A stretch of 64,000 nt of DNA, taken from assembly GCA_041605955.1 (NCBI GenBank), contig JBFIXI010000010.1, positions 12,653 through 76,652 of the forward strand, in the 5' to 3' direction. The number at the start of each line of letters is the position of its first letter. Position 1 is the stretch's first letter. This DNA comes from Acidimicrobiia bacterium (lineage in GTDB: Bacteria; Actinomycetota; Acidimicrobiia; Spongiisociales; UBA5794). A program made the position numbers and the translations under genes. The notes under the pieces were generated by a model. It did not search any database and was not told where the DNA came from. It was given only the letters and a program-made list of their open reading frames with translations. Below, in pieces: positions 40,571 through 49,935 of this stretch.

Positions 40571-41539
40571 GTGACCGATCCGTTTCAGTCTGCCAGGTCG
40601 CAGGCGTTTGCCGCCAGGGCCTCGTTCGCAGGAGTCCCCGCCCGCCCGTTAGACGACTTGGGAGATGCCGGCGTAGTGATCCTGGGCGCTCCTTTCGATT
40701 GGGGAACGACCTTTCGCGCCGGAACCCGCATGGGACCCAAGGCCATCCGGGAAACCGATTATCTCGGCTTTGACGGTTCTCGTCCCCACCTGCCCTCCGG
40801 CATCGACTCCCTCAGCGTCCTCAACGTGGTCGATGCCGGCGATCTTCTCCTCCCCGTCGGATACATCGAGGAGAGCCTTGACCTCATCGCCGCCGCAGTG
40901 GAGGGGGTGGCCCGCCACGGGGCCGTGCCGATCGTGCTCGGCGGCGACCACTCGATCACCTTCCCCAACGCCAGGGCGGTAGCCGCAGTCCACGGCGACA
41001 TTGCATTGATCCACTTCGATGCCCACGCCGACACCGGGTTGAAGGCTCCCGGAGGCGTGCTGCTCGGCCACGGCACGCCGATGCGTCGCCTCATCGAATC
41101 GGGGGCGGTCGCCGGGAGGCGCTTCGTGCAGATCGGGCTCCGGGGCTATTGGCCTGAGCCGGAAACCGTGGCCTGGATGGAAGAGCAAGGCATGCGCACG
41201 TTCCTGATGAGTGAGATCGTCGAACGCGGCATGCGTCAGGTTGTCGACGACGCCGTCGCCTACGCGGCGGAAGGCGCCGACGCCGTGTTCCTGTCCGTGG
41301 ACATCGACGTCGTCGATCCCGCCATGGCCCCCGGCACCGGCACTCCGGAACCCGGAGGGATCACGTCGCGGGAGCTCCTCGACACCTTGCGCCGGCTGTC
41401 ACGGGAGCTCGACGTGGTGGGCGCCGACATCGTCGAGGTGGCTCCCCCTTACGACGGCCCCGGTGAGATCACCGCTTTCCTCGCCAATCGCTGCGTCCTC
41501 GAGATCCTCAACGGGATGGCAGAGCGCAGACTCGTATGA
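40571..41539 (+). CDS. speB: agmatinase / ureohydrolase family
   Basis: Arginase-family Mn-binding motifs GGDHSIT, DAHADT and SVDIDVVDP; GTG start with GGGAGGG RBS; the six-frame ORF over-extends 5'. Confidence 0.8.
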   Translation: MTDPFQSARSQAFAARASFAGVPARPLDDLGDAGVVILGAPFDWGTTFRAGTRMGPKAIRETDYLGFDGSRPHLPSGIDSLSVLNVVDAGDLLLPVGYIEESLDLIAAAVEGVARHGAVPIVLGGDHSITFPNARAVAAVHGDIALIHFDAHADTGLKAPGGVLLGHGTPMRRLIESGAVAGRRFVQIGLRGYWPEPETVAWMEEQGMRTFLMSEIVERGMRQVVDDAVAYAAEGADAVFLSVDIDVVDPAMAPGTGTPEPGGITSRELLDTLRRLSRELDVVGADIVEVAPPYDGPGEITAFLANRCVLEILNGMAERRLV

Positions 41540-41567
41540 GTGACTTGTGGAGTCGAAGAACGCGGTC

Positions 41568-42149
41568 TCAGCGGGCGCACTCGGCCAGCACTGCGGCGAC
41601 GGCAGCATCGGCCGCCTGCGTCAGCCGCTCCGGGCTCCACTGCCGAGGAGCCTCCACGATCGATACGAATGCCCCCTGGGCCACCAGCACGAGCATGTCG
41701 GCGGCCCGCTCCGGGTCGGGATGGCCGCATTGGTCGACCAGCTTGGCGATCACGCCCCGCACCGCACTCGTCGACTCGACGAGATGGCGCTCTACCGCCG
41801 CGTCCCGACCCGGCACCGAGAGCACAGCTATCCAGAATTGCGACCGCATCAGCTCGTCATCGTCCCACTCGACGGCGGAGCGCATAGCCCGGCGCAGAGC
41901 CTCCGGTGGGTCGCTCCCCGCCAGCTCCGTTTCCAGCTCGGCGAGCCACGTGTCCTCGATATGGCGGAGTGCGTTCACTAACAGCGCCGATCGGGTGCCC
42001 AAGTAGTTGGTGATGAACGAGGTGGAAGCACCCAACTCCGCCGCCACGGATCGGATGGTGACGCCTCGCAGCCCATCCCTCCCGGCTACACGGAGCGTGG
42101 CCTCCGCCACCGCGGCGCGCCGCGCATCCTCGTCAACCTGGATCGGCAT
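41568..42149 (-). CDS. TetR/AcrR-family transcriptional regulator
   Basis: N-terminal HTH (GLRGVTIRSVAAELGASTSFITNYL). Confidence 0.8.
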   Translation of the reverse strand: MPIQVDEDARRAAVAEATLRVAGRDGLRGVTIRSVAAELGASTSFITNYLGTRSALLVNALRHIEDTWLAELETELAGSDPPEALRRAMRSAVEWDDDELMRSQFWIAVLSVPGRDAAVERHLVESTSAVRGVIAKLVDQCGHPDPERAADMLVLVAQGAFVSIVEAPRQWSPERLTQAADAAVAAVLAECAR

Positions 42150-43459
42150 TATCGCAGGGCCTCATCCAGTGCCTCGGCGAAGACTTGCAGCGTGGTGGCG
42201 ACGTCCTCATCGGTATGCGCCGCCGACAAGAACCACGGCTCGAGGGCGTCCGGCGACGGCAGCACGCCCCGCCGGATCATCGCCATGACCAGCTTCTCGT
42301 AGAGCCGGTCATCGTGATGGGTGCTGGCCCGGTAGTCCTGCGGCCTGTCCTCCCCGAAGTAGAAGCCGAACATGGCCGGGCGGCCGTGCACGGAGCTGGG
42401 GACGCCGCGGTCTGCCAACAACTTGGTGGTGCCCTCCATCAGCGCCGCGCCGACGCGCTCGACCTGGGCGAGCGGCTCACCGGTGAGAAGCCGCTCGATC
42501 GTGGCCTGGGCGGCAGCCGTTGAGACCGCGTTACCCGAGTATGTGCCGGCTTGGACGATCCCGCCGCGCTCCCATCCCTGCAGGACCGGCCCGCGGCCGG
42601 CGATCGCCGCCACCGGCAGCCCGTTGCCCATCGCTTTGGCGAACGTGGCCAGATCGGGAATGACGCCGTATACCTCGGCGGCGCCGCCCACCGCGATACG
42701 GAACCCGGTCTTGACCTCGTCGAAGATCAGCAAAGCCCCGTGCTCGTCGCAGATCGCGCGCAGCCCTTCGAGGAATCCGGGCGCCGGCTCGATGCCCATC
42801 GCGTTGCCGAGCATCGGCTCCACCATGAGCGCCGCCACTCGAGAGCCTTCGCTGGCGAACAGCCGTCGCACCCCTTCGAGATCGTTGAAAGCCAGCGTGC
42901 GCACCAGGCCGCCGACCATGTGCGGCATTCCGGAGCTCATCGGTACCGGTACGGGGCGAAAGGGGGAACCCAGCACATCGGCAGGGTCTCCCGGGGTCGA
43001 GTACATCACGTAGTCGTGGGCGCCGTGGTAAGTGCCCTCGAACTTGACTACGACGTCCCGCCCGGTGAAGCCGCGGGCGAGCCGCACCGCATGCATGGTC
43101 GCCTCGGTGCCCGTGTTGGTGAAGCGGAGGCGCTCCACCCAGGAGACGGCCTGCTTCACAGCCTCGGCGGCCGTGACCTCCTGCTCTTGCGTGAAAGCGA
43201 ACGTCGTGCCATTGGCCACTGCCTGCGCCACGGCGGCGCCGACATGGGGATCGGCATGGCCCAGGATGATGGGGCCGAATCCCATGTGATAGTCGATGTA
43301 CCGGGTGCCGTCGGCGTCGAAGACATGGCTGCCTTGACCGCCGGCCAGGACGATCGTGTCGTCTGCTCCCCAGTATCGCCAGCCGCTGGAGACTCCGTTG
43401 ACCAGCGCAGCGCGGGCGCGGGTGAATAGCTCGGCGGTCTTGGGTCCTTGGATGCTCAT
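42149..43459 (-). CDS. class-III (GSA-aminomutase-like) PLP aminotransferase
   Basis: Fold-type I class III motifs, including the PLP-lysine region IFDEVKTGFR. Confidence 0.8.
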   Translation of the reverse strand: MSIQGPKTAELFTRARAALVNGVSSGWRYWGADDTIVLAGGQGSHVFDADGTRYIDYHMGFGPIILGHADPHVGAAVAQAVANGTTFAFTQEQEVTAAEAVKQAVSWVERLRFTNTGTEATMHAVRLARGFTGRDVVVKFEGTYHGAHDYVMYSTPGDPADVLGSPFRPVPVPMSSGMPHMVGGLVRTLAFNDLEGVRRLFASEGSRVAALMVEPMLGNAMGIEPAPGFLEGLRAICDEHGALLIFDEVKTGFRIAVGGAAEVYGVIPDLATFAKAMGNGLPVAAIAGRGPVLQGWERGGIVQAGTYSGNAVSTAAAQATIERLLTGEPLAQVERVGAALMEGTTKLLADRGVPSSVHGRPAMFGFYFGEDRPQDYRASTHHDDRLYEKLVMAMIRRGVLPSPDALEPWFLSAAHTDEDVATTLQVFAEALDEALR

Positions 43460-43483
43460 TCGAGTCCTCTCGTCAACTTCGTA

Positions 43484-44875
43484 TCAGATCTTGACCAGGC
43501 GCCACAGCCATTCGGCGATGCGTGCCGGGCGGTGCTTCCTCGATTCCGTTTCATCGGCGTATTGCATGACGCGCAGCGCGGCGTTGATACCGAGCCAGCG
43601 CAGCGGCTCCGGCTCCCACCTGCGGACTCGGTGGTTCACCCACGGAAGGCGGGTGAGGCGGGTGTCGGTTCCGGTTATCAGATCGGCCAAGGTGCGGCCG
43701 GCGAGGTGGGCGGCGGTGATCCCTGCACCCACGTATCCGCCCCCCCACGCGATTCCGGTCTCCGGATCCAAGCCGACGGTCGGCATCCAGCGTCGGCTGA
43801 CGCCGAGCACGCCGCCCCAGCGATGGGTGATCTTGGTGTCCTGCAGCTGCGGGAAGAGCTCGAGCAGCGCCCCGCGCACCGGCACGAATGCCCTTGCGGA
43901 GAAGTCGGCGTTGCGGCGCACCTGCGACCCGTAGTCGTAAGGTGCCCCCCGACCCCCAAACGCGATCCGCCCGTCGGCGGTGCGCTGGCCATAGACCACG
44001 AGATGGCGCAGATCACCAAACGCCTCCCGATTGGCCAGACCGATCGAATCCCATAGGTCTTCGCTGAGCGGCTCGGTAGCGATCATCAGTGAATACAGCG
44101 GTGCCAGCGTCCGTTTGTGACCGGCCAGCTCGGCGGTATACCCCTCGGTGGCGCGCACCACGATCGGCGCCCGGATCGTGCCCCCCGGGGTCACGATCCG
44201 CCCCGGCACCAGCGAGCTGACCGCGGTTCCTTCATAGATGGCGGCCCCACGATCCTCGACGACCCGGGCCAGCCCATGGACCAGCTTCGCCGGATGGATC
44301 GGCGCCGTCAGCGCCGACCACAGGCCTGCCCGCACGTTGGCGGCTCGGCCCACTTCGCGGGCTTCCGCAGCCGACAGCATGCGCAGCTGGGCCTCGGACC
44401 AGCCGTACCGGCGGGCCCGAGCCACGTCGTCGCGGGCGCGTGCCTCCTGGCCGCCGTTGACCAGAAACTCGATGGTGCCGCTCTTCTCGAAATCGCAGTC
44501 GATGGCGTGATCCTCGATGACTTGACCGATGTCGTCTACGGCGTGGCGCAAGGTCGCCGACCAGGCGCGGGCGGTGTCCAGATCGGACATCGCTTCGATA
44601 CGGTGCGGGCCGGCGGCAAACCCGTCGTAGCAGTAACCACCGTTGCGGCCGGAGGCGCCGAAGCCGACATGCTCCCTGTCAACAAGTGCGATGCGCAGCG
44701 AGCGGTCGGCGGCCTGCAGGAAATAAGCGGTCCACAGCCCGGTGTAGCCGGCACCCACGATGACCACGTCGACGTCGCGATCTTGCGACAGAGCGGGCCG
44801 AATCGCGATAACGTCGTCCACAGCCTCCCACCACAGAGGGCGGGGTGTTGCCGTAGCAAGAGATGAGGCATCCAC
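43484..44875 (-). CDS. FAD-dependent oxidoreductase (DAO family, PuuB-like)
   Basis: DVVIVGAGYTGLWTA dinucleotide-binding motif; start set at a GTG because the ATG of the full six-frame ORF (45124) would overlap the divergent ALDH gene; start uncertain. Confidence 0.6.
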   Translation of the reverse strand: MDASSLATATPRPLWWEAVDDVIAIRPALSQDRDVDVVIVGAGYTGLWTAYFLQAADRSLRIALVDREHVGFGASGRNGGYCYDGFAAGPHRIEAMSDLDTARAWSATLRHAVDDIGQVIEDHAIDCDFEKSGTIEFLVNGGQEARARDDVARARRYGWSEAQLRMLSAAEAREVGRAANVRAGLWSALTAPIHPAKLVHGLARVVEDRGAAIYEGTAVSSLVPGRIVTPGGTIRAPIVVRATEGYTAELAGHKRTLAPLYSLMIATEPLSEDLWDSIGLANREAFGDLRHLVVYGQRTADGRIAFGGRGAPYDYGSQVRRNADFSARAFVPVRGALLELFPQLQDTKITHRWGGVLGVSRRWMPTVGLDPETGIAWGGGYVGAGITAAHLAGRTLADLITGTDTRLTRLPWVNHRVRRWEPEPLRWLGINAALRVMQYADETESRKHRPARIAEWLWRLVKI

Positions 44876-44887
44876 CGCACGTAATAT

Positions 44888-44909
44888 AACACCGTGATGT
44901 AACGGTGTT
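44888..44909. promoter_or_regulatory. perfect palindrome AACACCGT-N6-ACGGTGTT in a divergent promoter region
   Basis: Lies between the FAD oxidoreductase/aminotransferase/TetR operon (minus strand) and the ALDH gene (plus strand). Confidence 0.4.
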
Positions 44910-44944
44910 GCAGCAAATCCGCTGGCACGAAAGGGCGCCCAGGC

Positions 44945-46381
44945 ATGGTCGAGACCGTGAAGCTCTACATCGCAGGAGAGTGGACCGAAGGAACGGGCCA
45001 AGGAGCATACGAGCTCCGCTCCCCCGCCACCGGCGAGCACATCGCCGATATACCGATCGCCAGCCGGGACGACATCGATCGGGCGGTTGCCGCCGCCCGC
45101 ACCGCCCACGACGAGATTCGCCACTGGTCCGCATTCGAGCGGGCCGAGCTATGCAATCGCATCGCAGCCGAGGTGGAACCGCTGGTCGAGGAGATCGCCC
45201 GGATCCAGACTCTCGAGCAGGGCAAGCCCTATCACGCCGAGTCGCTGGAAGACATCGAAGAAGCCAATGAGTACTTCCTCAACGCCGCCGAAGACGTCAA
45301 ACGCCTCAGCGGCGACGTCATCCCCACCTCGGATCGCAACAAGCGGATGTTCACGTTTCACCGCCCGGTCGGGGTGTGGGCGGCAATCACGCCGTGGAAC
45401 TTCCCGGTGACCATCCCCCTGGAGTACATCGGTCCCGGCTTGGCGACCGGGAATGCCATCATCGCCAAACCTCCGCTGTTCACCTCCTGGGCATTGCTCA
45501 AATTGGCCGAAGCGTTCGATGCGGCCGGGGTCCCCAAAGGAGCGATATCGGTGATTCCCGGCGCCGGCGACATCGGCGAGCTGCTGGTCACCCACGATGG
45601 CATCGATGCAATCGGCTTCACCGGATCCTCGGAGACCGGGCGCCGCATCATCTCCCAGATGGGCATCAAGCGATCGATCATGGAGATGTCGGGCAACGGG
45701 CCCACCATCGTCACCTCCGACGCCAACGTGCAGGCCGCCGCCGAAGCCGCGGTCTACGGCGCCTACTACAACGCCGGCCAGGTGTGTTGCGCAACCGAGC
45801 GGGTGATCGTGCTCGACGAAGTCCACGAGGAGTTCGTGGGGCACGCGCTCAAAGCGGCCGAGGCCGTCCATCTGGGCGACCCGTTCGCCGCCGAGACCAA
45901 CATGGGCCCGCTCAACAACGAGCCCACCGCGGCCAAGATGGACCGCCATCTCGCCGACGCCCGTGAGCGGGGGGCCGAGATCTTGGTAGGCGGGAGCCGC
46001 GCCCCCGGCTTCCCCACCGACCTGTACTACGACTTCACCGTGATCGACCGCGTGCCGGAGGACTCGGTCGTAGCCCGCGAGGAAACGTTTGGCCCGGTGC
46101 TGCCAATCCTGACGGCACCCGACGACGAGGAGGCGGTCGGCATGGCCAACCGCACCCACTTAGGGCTGCAGGCAGCGGTGTTCACCTCGAGCCTGCAGAA
46201 AGCGTTCTGGTACGCCGATCGCATCCGCACCGGCACCGTGGTGGTCAACGACTCCACGGACTTCTGGGAGACGTTCCAACCGTTTGGCGGAGCGGCCGGC
46301 ACCGACACCGGCTGGGGTCGCGGCAAGCTGGAGGAGTTCACCGACCTGCAGACGTTGGTCATCGACCTCAGAAACGCCTGA
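44945..46381 (+). CDS. NAD(P)-dependent aldehyde dehydrogenase
   Basis: ALDH family; catalytic Cys region (NAGQVCCATER) and Glu motif. Confidence 0.85.
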   Translation: MVETVKLYIAGEWTEGTGQGAYELRSPATGEHIADIPIASRDDIDRAVAAARTAHDEIRHWSAFERAELCNRIAAEVEPLVEEIARIQTLEQGKPYHAESLEDIEEANEYFLNAAEDVKRLSGDVIPTSDRNKRMFTFHRPVGVWAAITPWNFPVTIPLEYIGPGLATGNAIIAKPPLFTSWALLKLAEAFDAAGVPKGAISVIPGAGDIGELLVTHDGIDAIGFTGSSETGRRIISQMGIKRSIMEMSGNGPTIVTSDANVQAAAEAAVYGAYYNAGQVCCATERVIVLDEVHEEFVGHALKAAEAVHLGDPFAAETNMGPLNNEPTAAKMDRHLADARERGAEILVGGSRAPGFPTDLYYDFTVIDRVPEDSVVAREETFGPVLPILTAPDDEEAVGMANRTHLGLQAAVFTSSLQKAFWYADRIRTGTVVVNDSTDFWETFQPFGGAAGTDTGWGRGKLEEFTDLQTLVIDLRNA

Positions 46382-46387
46382 GCTGTC

Positions 46388-47845
46388 TCAATGTTCGGAT
46401 TTCGCGGCCAGGTGCGCGCCCAACCGGTACGCCAGAGCTGCGATCGTCAGGGTTGGATTGGCCGCCCCGCCGGACGTGAAGCTGGCGCTCCCACAGACAT
46501 AGACGTTTTCCATGTTGTGAACTCGTAGATCAGGACCGATGACGCCGTCGCGATCGTCCTCGGTCATCCGTGCTGTACACATCGGATGGGCGTGGACGTA
46601 GTTCCGCCGAAAGGCGACCCCCAGTTGCATCTGCGTCGCAAACGATTCGAGCTGCGCCTCGACCGCCCTTGTCCGCTTCGCTTGTATCTCCCCATCGTTG
46701 TAGTCGATGACCGGCCGAGGGGTGCCGAAACGAGTCTTCCCCGCCCCTGGGGAGACGGTATTGCCGTCTTCGGGCGACTGTTCCAGCATTGCGTTCACGA
46801 ACAGCAAACCTGACGGCGCCGGCCGCCACAGCAAGATGTACTTCCCCGAACGCTGATCACGCTCCGTATCGAATCGTCGAGTGGCAGCCGTCGGCCCAAT
46901 GGGCCCGTTGAGCGGGCGATAACCACGCGGCCTTCCTCCTAGGGCGATACCGGTGTGAGATATGAGATGTCGACCCAGATGACCACTGTGATTTCCCAAC
47001 CCTTCGGGCCACCATTGGTTAGCCGATTGCCGCAGCAGATTTGGGGTTTCAATGCCCCCCGCGCACACCACGATCGTGTCGGCCGCAACAGTTAGCGTCG
47101 TGTCCGCGGCCACATTGCGGCTCTGTACACCGCTGGCGCGCCACTTCGATGAGCACAGTATCCGGTCGACAACGGACCCGGTGATCAATCTGAAGCGAGG
47201 GGCCTTTTCCAGGCGGTCGATCAGCTCGTCTGCAGTGAACGCCCCGCCGTCGGGGGCGAGGGAGATGTTGTGATGCATGAGCGGCCAGTCGTGGTCCGAC
47301 AGGAGGTCGACGAACGGCCGATCACGTTCGTGGAAGGGCCTAGCCGGCTGCGGAAACGGCGTGCTCCGAGGCGGATGGCCCTCATCGGTGTGATCGCCCG
47401 CTACCCGCAGTGCCTGCTCGCCCCGGACGTAATACGGCTCTAGTTCGTCGTAGCTCAGGGGCCAGTCGAGGCCTTGCCCCGTCACACTCGCAAGTTTGAA
47501 GTCCTCTGGACGAAGCCGATAGGCGTCGCCGCTCCACCCCAGCGTCGACCCGCCGCGAGCGACCAGCGCCACCCCGGAGAGAGAGTACGTACGATTCCCG
47601 ATGGTCTCGTAATCGGTCTTGAGGTATCGCGCTCTGCGATGCCAGATACGCATCCGCGGGATTCTGTAATCCCGGATCACCTTCTCGCCTATCCGGAGAA
47701 GACGGGCGCGCCCACTTGCGCGGCTCCCGGCTTCGAGCATTACGACATCGCGCCCGGCATTCACGCACTCGCTGGCAATGATCGCACCGGCAACACCAGA
47801 ACCGATGATGCAGACATCCGCGTCTATCTGCCTCACGCCGGTCAT
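46388..47845 (-). CDS. GMC-family oxidoreductase
   Basis: N-terminal FAD motif DVCIIGSGVAGA; GMC C-terminal region with active-site His. Confidence 0.75.
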   Translation of the reverse strand: MTGVRQIDADVCIIGSGVAGAIIASECVNAGRDVVMLEAGSRASGRARLLRIGEKVIRDYRIPRMRIWHRRARYLKTDYETIGNRTYSLSGVALVARGGSTLGWSGDAYRLRPEDFKLASVTGQGLDWPLSYDELEPYYVRGEQALRVAGDHTDEGHPPRSTPFPQPARPFHERDRPFVDLLSDHDWPLMHHNISLAPDGGAFTADELIDRLEKAPRFRLITGSVVDRILCSSKWRASGVQSRNVAADTTLTVAADTIVVCAGGIETPNLLRQSANQWWPEGLGNHSGHLGRHLISHTGIALGGRPRGYRPLNGPIGPTAATRRFDTERDQRSGKYILLWRPAPSGLLFVNAMLEQSPEDGNTVSPGAGKTRFGTPRPVIDYNDGEIQAKRTRAVEAQLESFATQMQLGVAFRRNYVHAHPMCTARMTEDDRDGVIGPDLRVHNMENVYVCGSASFTSGGAANPTLTIAALAYRLGAHLAAKSEH

Positions 47846-47878
47846 GCGTACCAGTTCACATCCTGTGGGGTGCGGGCT

Positions 47879-48928
47879 TCATCCGAGCGACGCGTCCCTG
47901 TCTTCCCACACGCGTTCCAGGATCGCAACGGTTCGAGTCGCGGTAGAGGCACTCACAACGAGGTCTTGCGTGCCCGCAATCGCCCCATAGAAGTTCTCAA
48001 TCAGGCCGGCGATGCCGCGATGACGTTGCCAACTCCTTCCGACCCGCTTCACGGCGTTCCGAAGGGATCCGCGCCCGAAATCCCAGCCGAGCCTCATTCC
48101 CGACAGCAGCTTCCTTGAGAACTTGTCCGGGCCCCTCCCCTCGAGGTAGCTGAGTAGCTGCCTGCGGAGGTCGACGACGACCGTGCCGGCCTCCAGGAAG
48201 TAATGGGCCGCCGCGTACGTGTTGCCATGACCAAAGGAAACGCTCAAGGAACCAATTTGATCGCGGGTGCTGAGGCCAACTTGAACCAAGTCGGGACTGT
48301 TAGCCGGCAGCTCATTGCGCCGGACGAACAGCGCCTTGTGGTGCTCGACCTCGCCTAGTGCATCGACGACCAGACTCATGGGATGGTCGATGAGGTTTTG
48401 CAGGATCCCTCCCTTCATCGAGTACGCCCAGTGATGTGAACTGCCGTAGGGAATGGACTCACCGGAGGCGGTCCAGTTGAAGTCGCAGTGGACGGTGATC
48501 AGTCGCCCGAACCGCTCCGATGCGATGAGGGCTTTGGCTTGCTGCACAACGGGGATTCCCAGCGTGCTGTAACCGGCGCACAAGAGCTTGAGGTTGCTCT
48601 CGGCTAGTGACAACAGTTCGGTGAACTCCGCCGCGGTTTCCGTGATCGGCTTCTCGATGTAGACATGGGCCCCCGCAGCGAGCGCCGCCCCAGCCAGAGT
48701 TGCGTGGCTCGGGAGTTGGGTGAGGACATGAACTGAATCAGGTCTCTCCTCGGCGAGCAGTTGGTTTGCATCGTCGTATGGGGTGCGCCCCGAGAACTCT
48801 GCGGCGAGTGCAGCTGCCTTGTGCAGGTTGCGATCACAGAACACCAGCGTGGAGTCATCGATCCGACTCTCCAGTACTTCCGCGTGGGCGCGTGCAATCT
48901 TGCCGCAGCCGATGACGGCGATCTTCAT
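47879..48928 (-). CDS. Gfo/Idh/MocA-family oxidoreductase
   Basis: MKIAVIGCGKIARAH Rossmann motif; EKP motif. Confidence 0.75.
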   Translation of the reverse strand: MKIAVIGCGKIARAHAEVLESRIDDSTLVFCDRNLHKAAALAAEFSGRTPYDDANQLLAEERPDSVHVLTQLPSHATLAGAALAAGAHVYIEKPITETAAEFTELLSLAESNLKLLCAGYSTLGIPVVQQAKALIASERFGRLITVHCDFNWTASGESIPYGSSHHWAYSMKGGILQNLIDHPMSLVVDALGEVEHHKALFVRRNELPANSPDLVQVGLSTRDQIGSLSVSFGHGNTYAAAHYFLEAGTVVVDLRRQLLSYLEGRGPDKFSRKLLSGMRLGWDFGRGSLRNAVKRVGRSWQRHRGIAGLIENFYGAIAGTQDLVVSASTATRTVAILERVWEDRDASLG

Positions 48929-49049
48929 GAAAGCAAACTATCCAAAGGGGACCCTCCGGCGGTTCTTTCCCGATTCTTGCCGGGCATGCCAACCCAGCGG
49001 CAGCTTTAACGACGTGGCTTTACCCCCGGTCACGGCAGAGTGCGCGGTG

Positions 49050-49802
49050 TCATCGGGTCAAACTGAGCCGTCGCTGCGGCAGCAGCTTGAAGAGTGCGAA
49101 GTTGAACAAGGCTACGCCGTACATCTCACCCGCCTCTTCCACAATCGATCGCGCGTCGAGTATTGCGTCGCCTTCGGCCGTGTCTCCTCGCAACAACGCC
49201 AGCTCCACCAGCTCCATACCGAGTGCCCCTCCGACAAACAGCCCCCCGGCGCCGAGGAACAAGACGAGAGTCTTGCGATCGAGTTGCCGCAGGAGAGGGA
49301 TCAAAACGACGAACACAACGAGAGCGAACAAACCAGTGACGACATAGTCGGGGTTGAAGTCGTCGGCAGAAGTGAAGAGCCCCCGCTCCGCAAGCAGGTT
49401 GCCGGCCCGTTCGTGCACCTGGGCTACCTCGTCGACAGACAGGGCGAGGAACACGACGCTGAGGATGAGCCAGTACCTGGACCCGGGCTCATGCCGCGTC
49501 TTGGCATTGAGATAGATGACGAACAGCAGCGAAGACGCAATCAGCAAGTTCAGCATCGAGAAGACCGTCGTGATGCTCGCCTCATCGACAGGGTCGAAGA
49601 CGGCCGTGAGCGAGTTGAGCAGGCCCTCTCCGAAGACACGGTGGATGAGGACATGAACTATCGCCAACACGACTAGCGCGCTAACCGCTCCGAATTGAAA
49701 GCGATTGAAGGCCCTATCGGTCAGTCGCAGTGTGATGGCAGAATCTGGCGCGGGCTTGGAGTCCCGCAACCGCTCCTGCGGCTTGGCAACGCTCTTGCGC
49801 AT
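49050..49802 (-). CDS. hypothetical integral membrane protein
   Basis: Five to six TM helices. Confidence 0.45.
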   Translation of the reverse strand: MRKSVAKPQERLRDSKPAPDSAITLRLTDRAFNRFQFGAVSALVVLAIVHVLIHRVFGEGLLNSLTAVFDPVDEASITTVFSMLNLLIASSLLFVIYLNAKTRHEPGSRYWLILSVVFLALSVDEVAQVHERAGNLLAERGLFTSADDFNPDYVVTGLFALVVFVVLIPLLRQLDRKTLVLFLGAGGLFVGGALGMELVELALLRGDTAEGDAILDARSIVEEAGEMYGVALFNFALFKLLPQRRLSLTR

Positions 49803-49935
49803 CGGCCCCCTCGTCTCTGCTCGCCCAATGCTCTACCTAGACAGATCGATGTAACCCTACGCGAGCGGCCGCGTCGATGCTGGCGCGGTGGCGGAACCGG
49901 GTGAGACGTTCGGGAGGCGCTAGCTTGCACGAACC

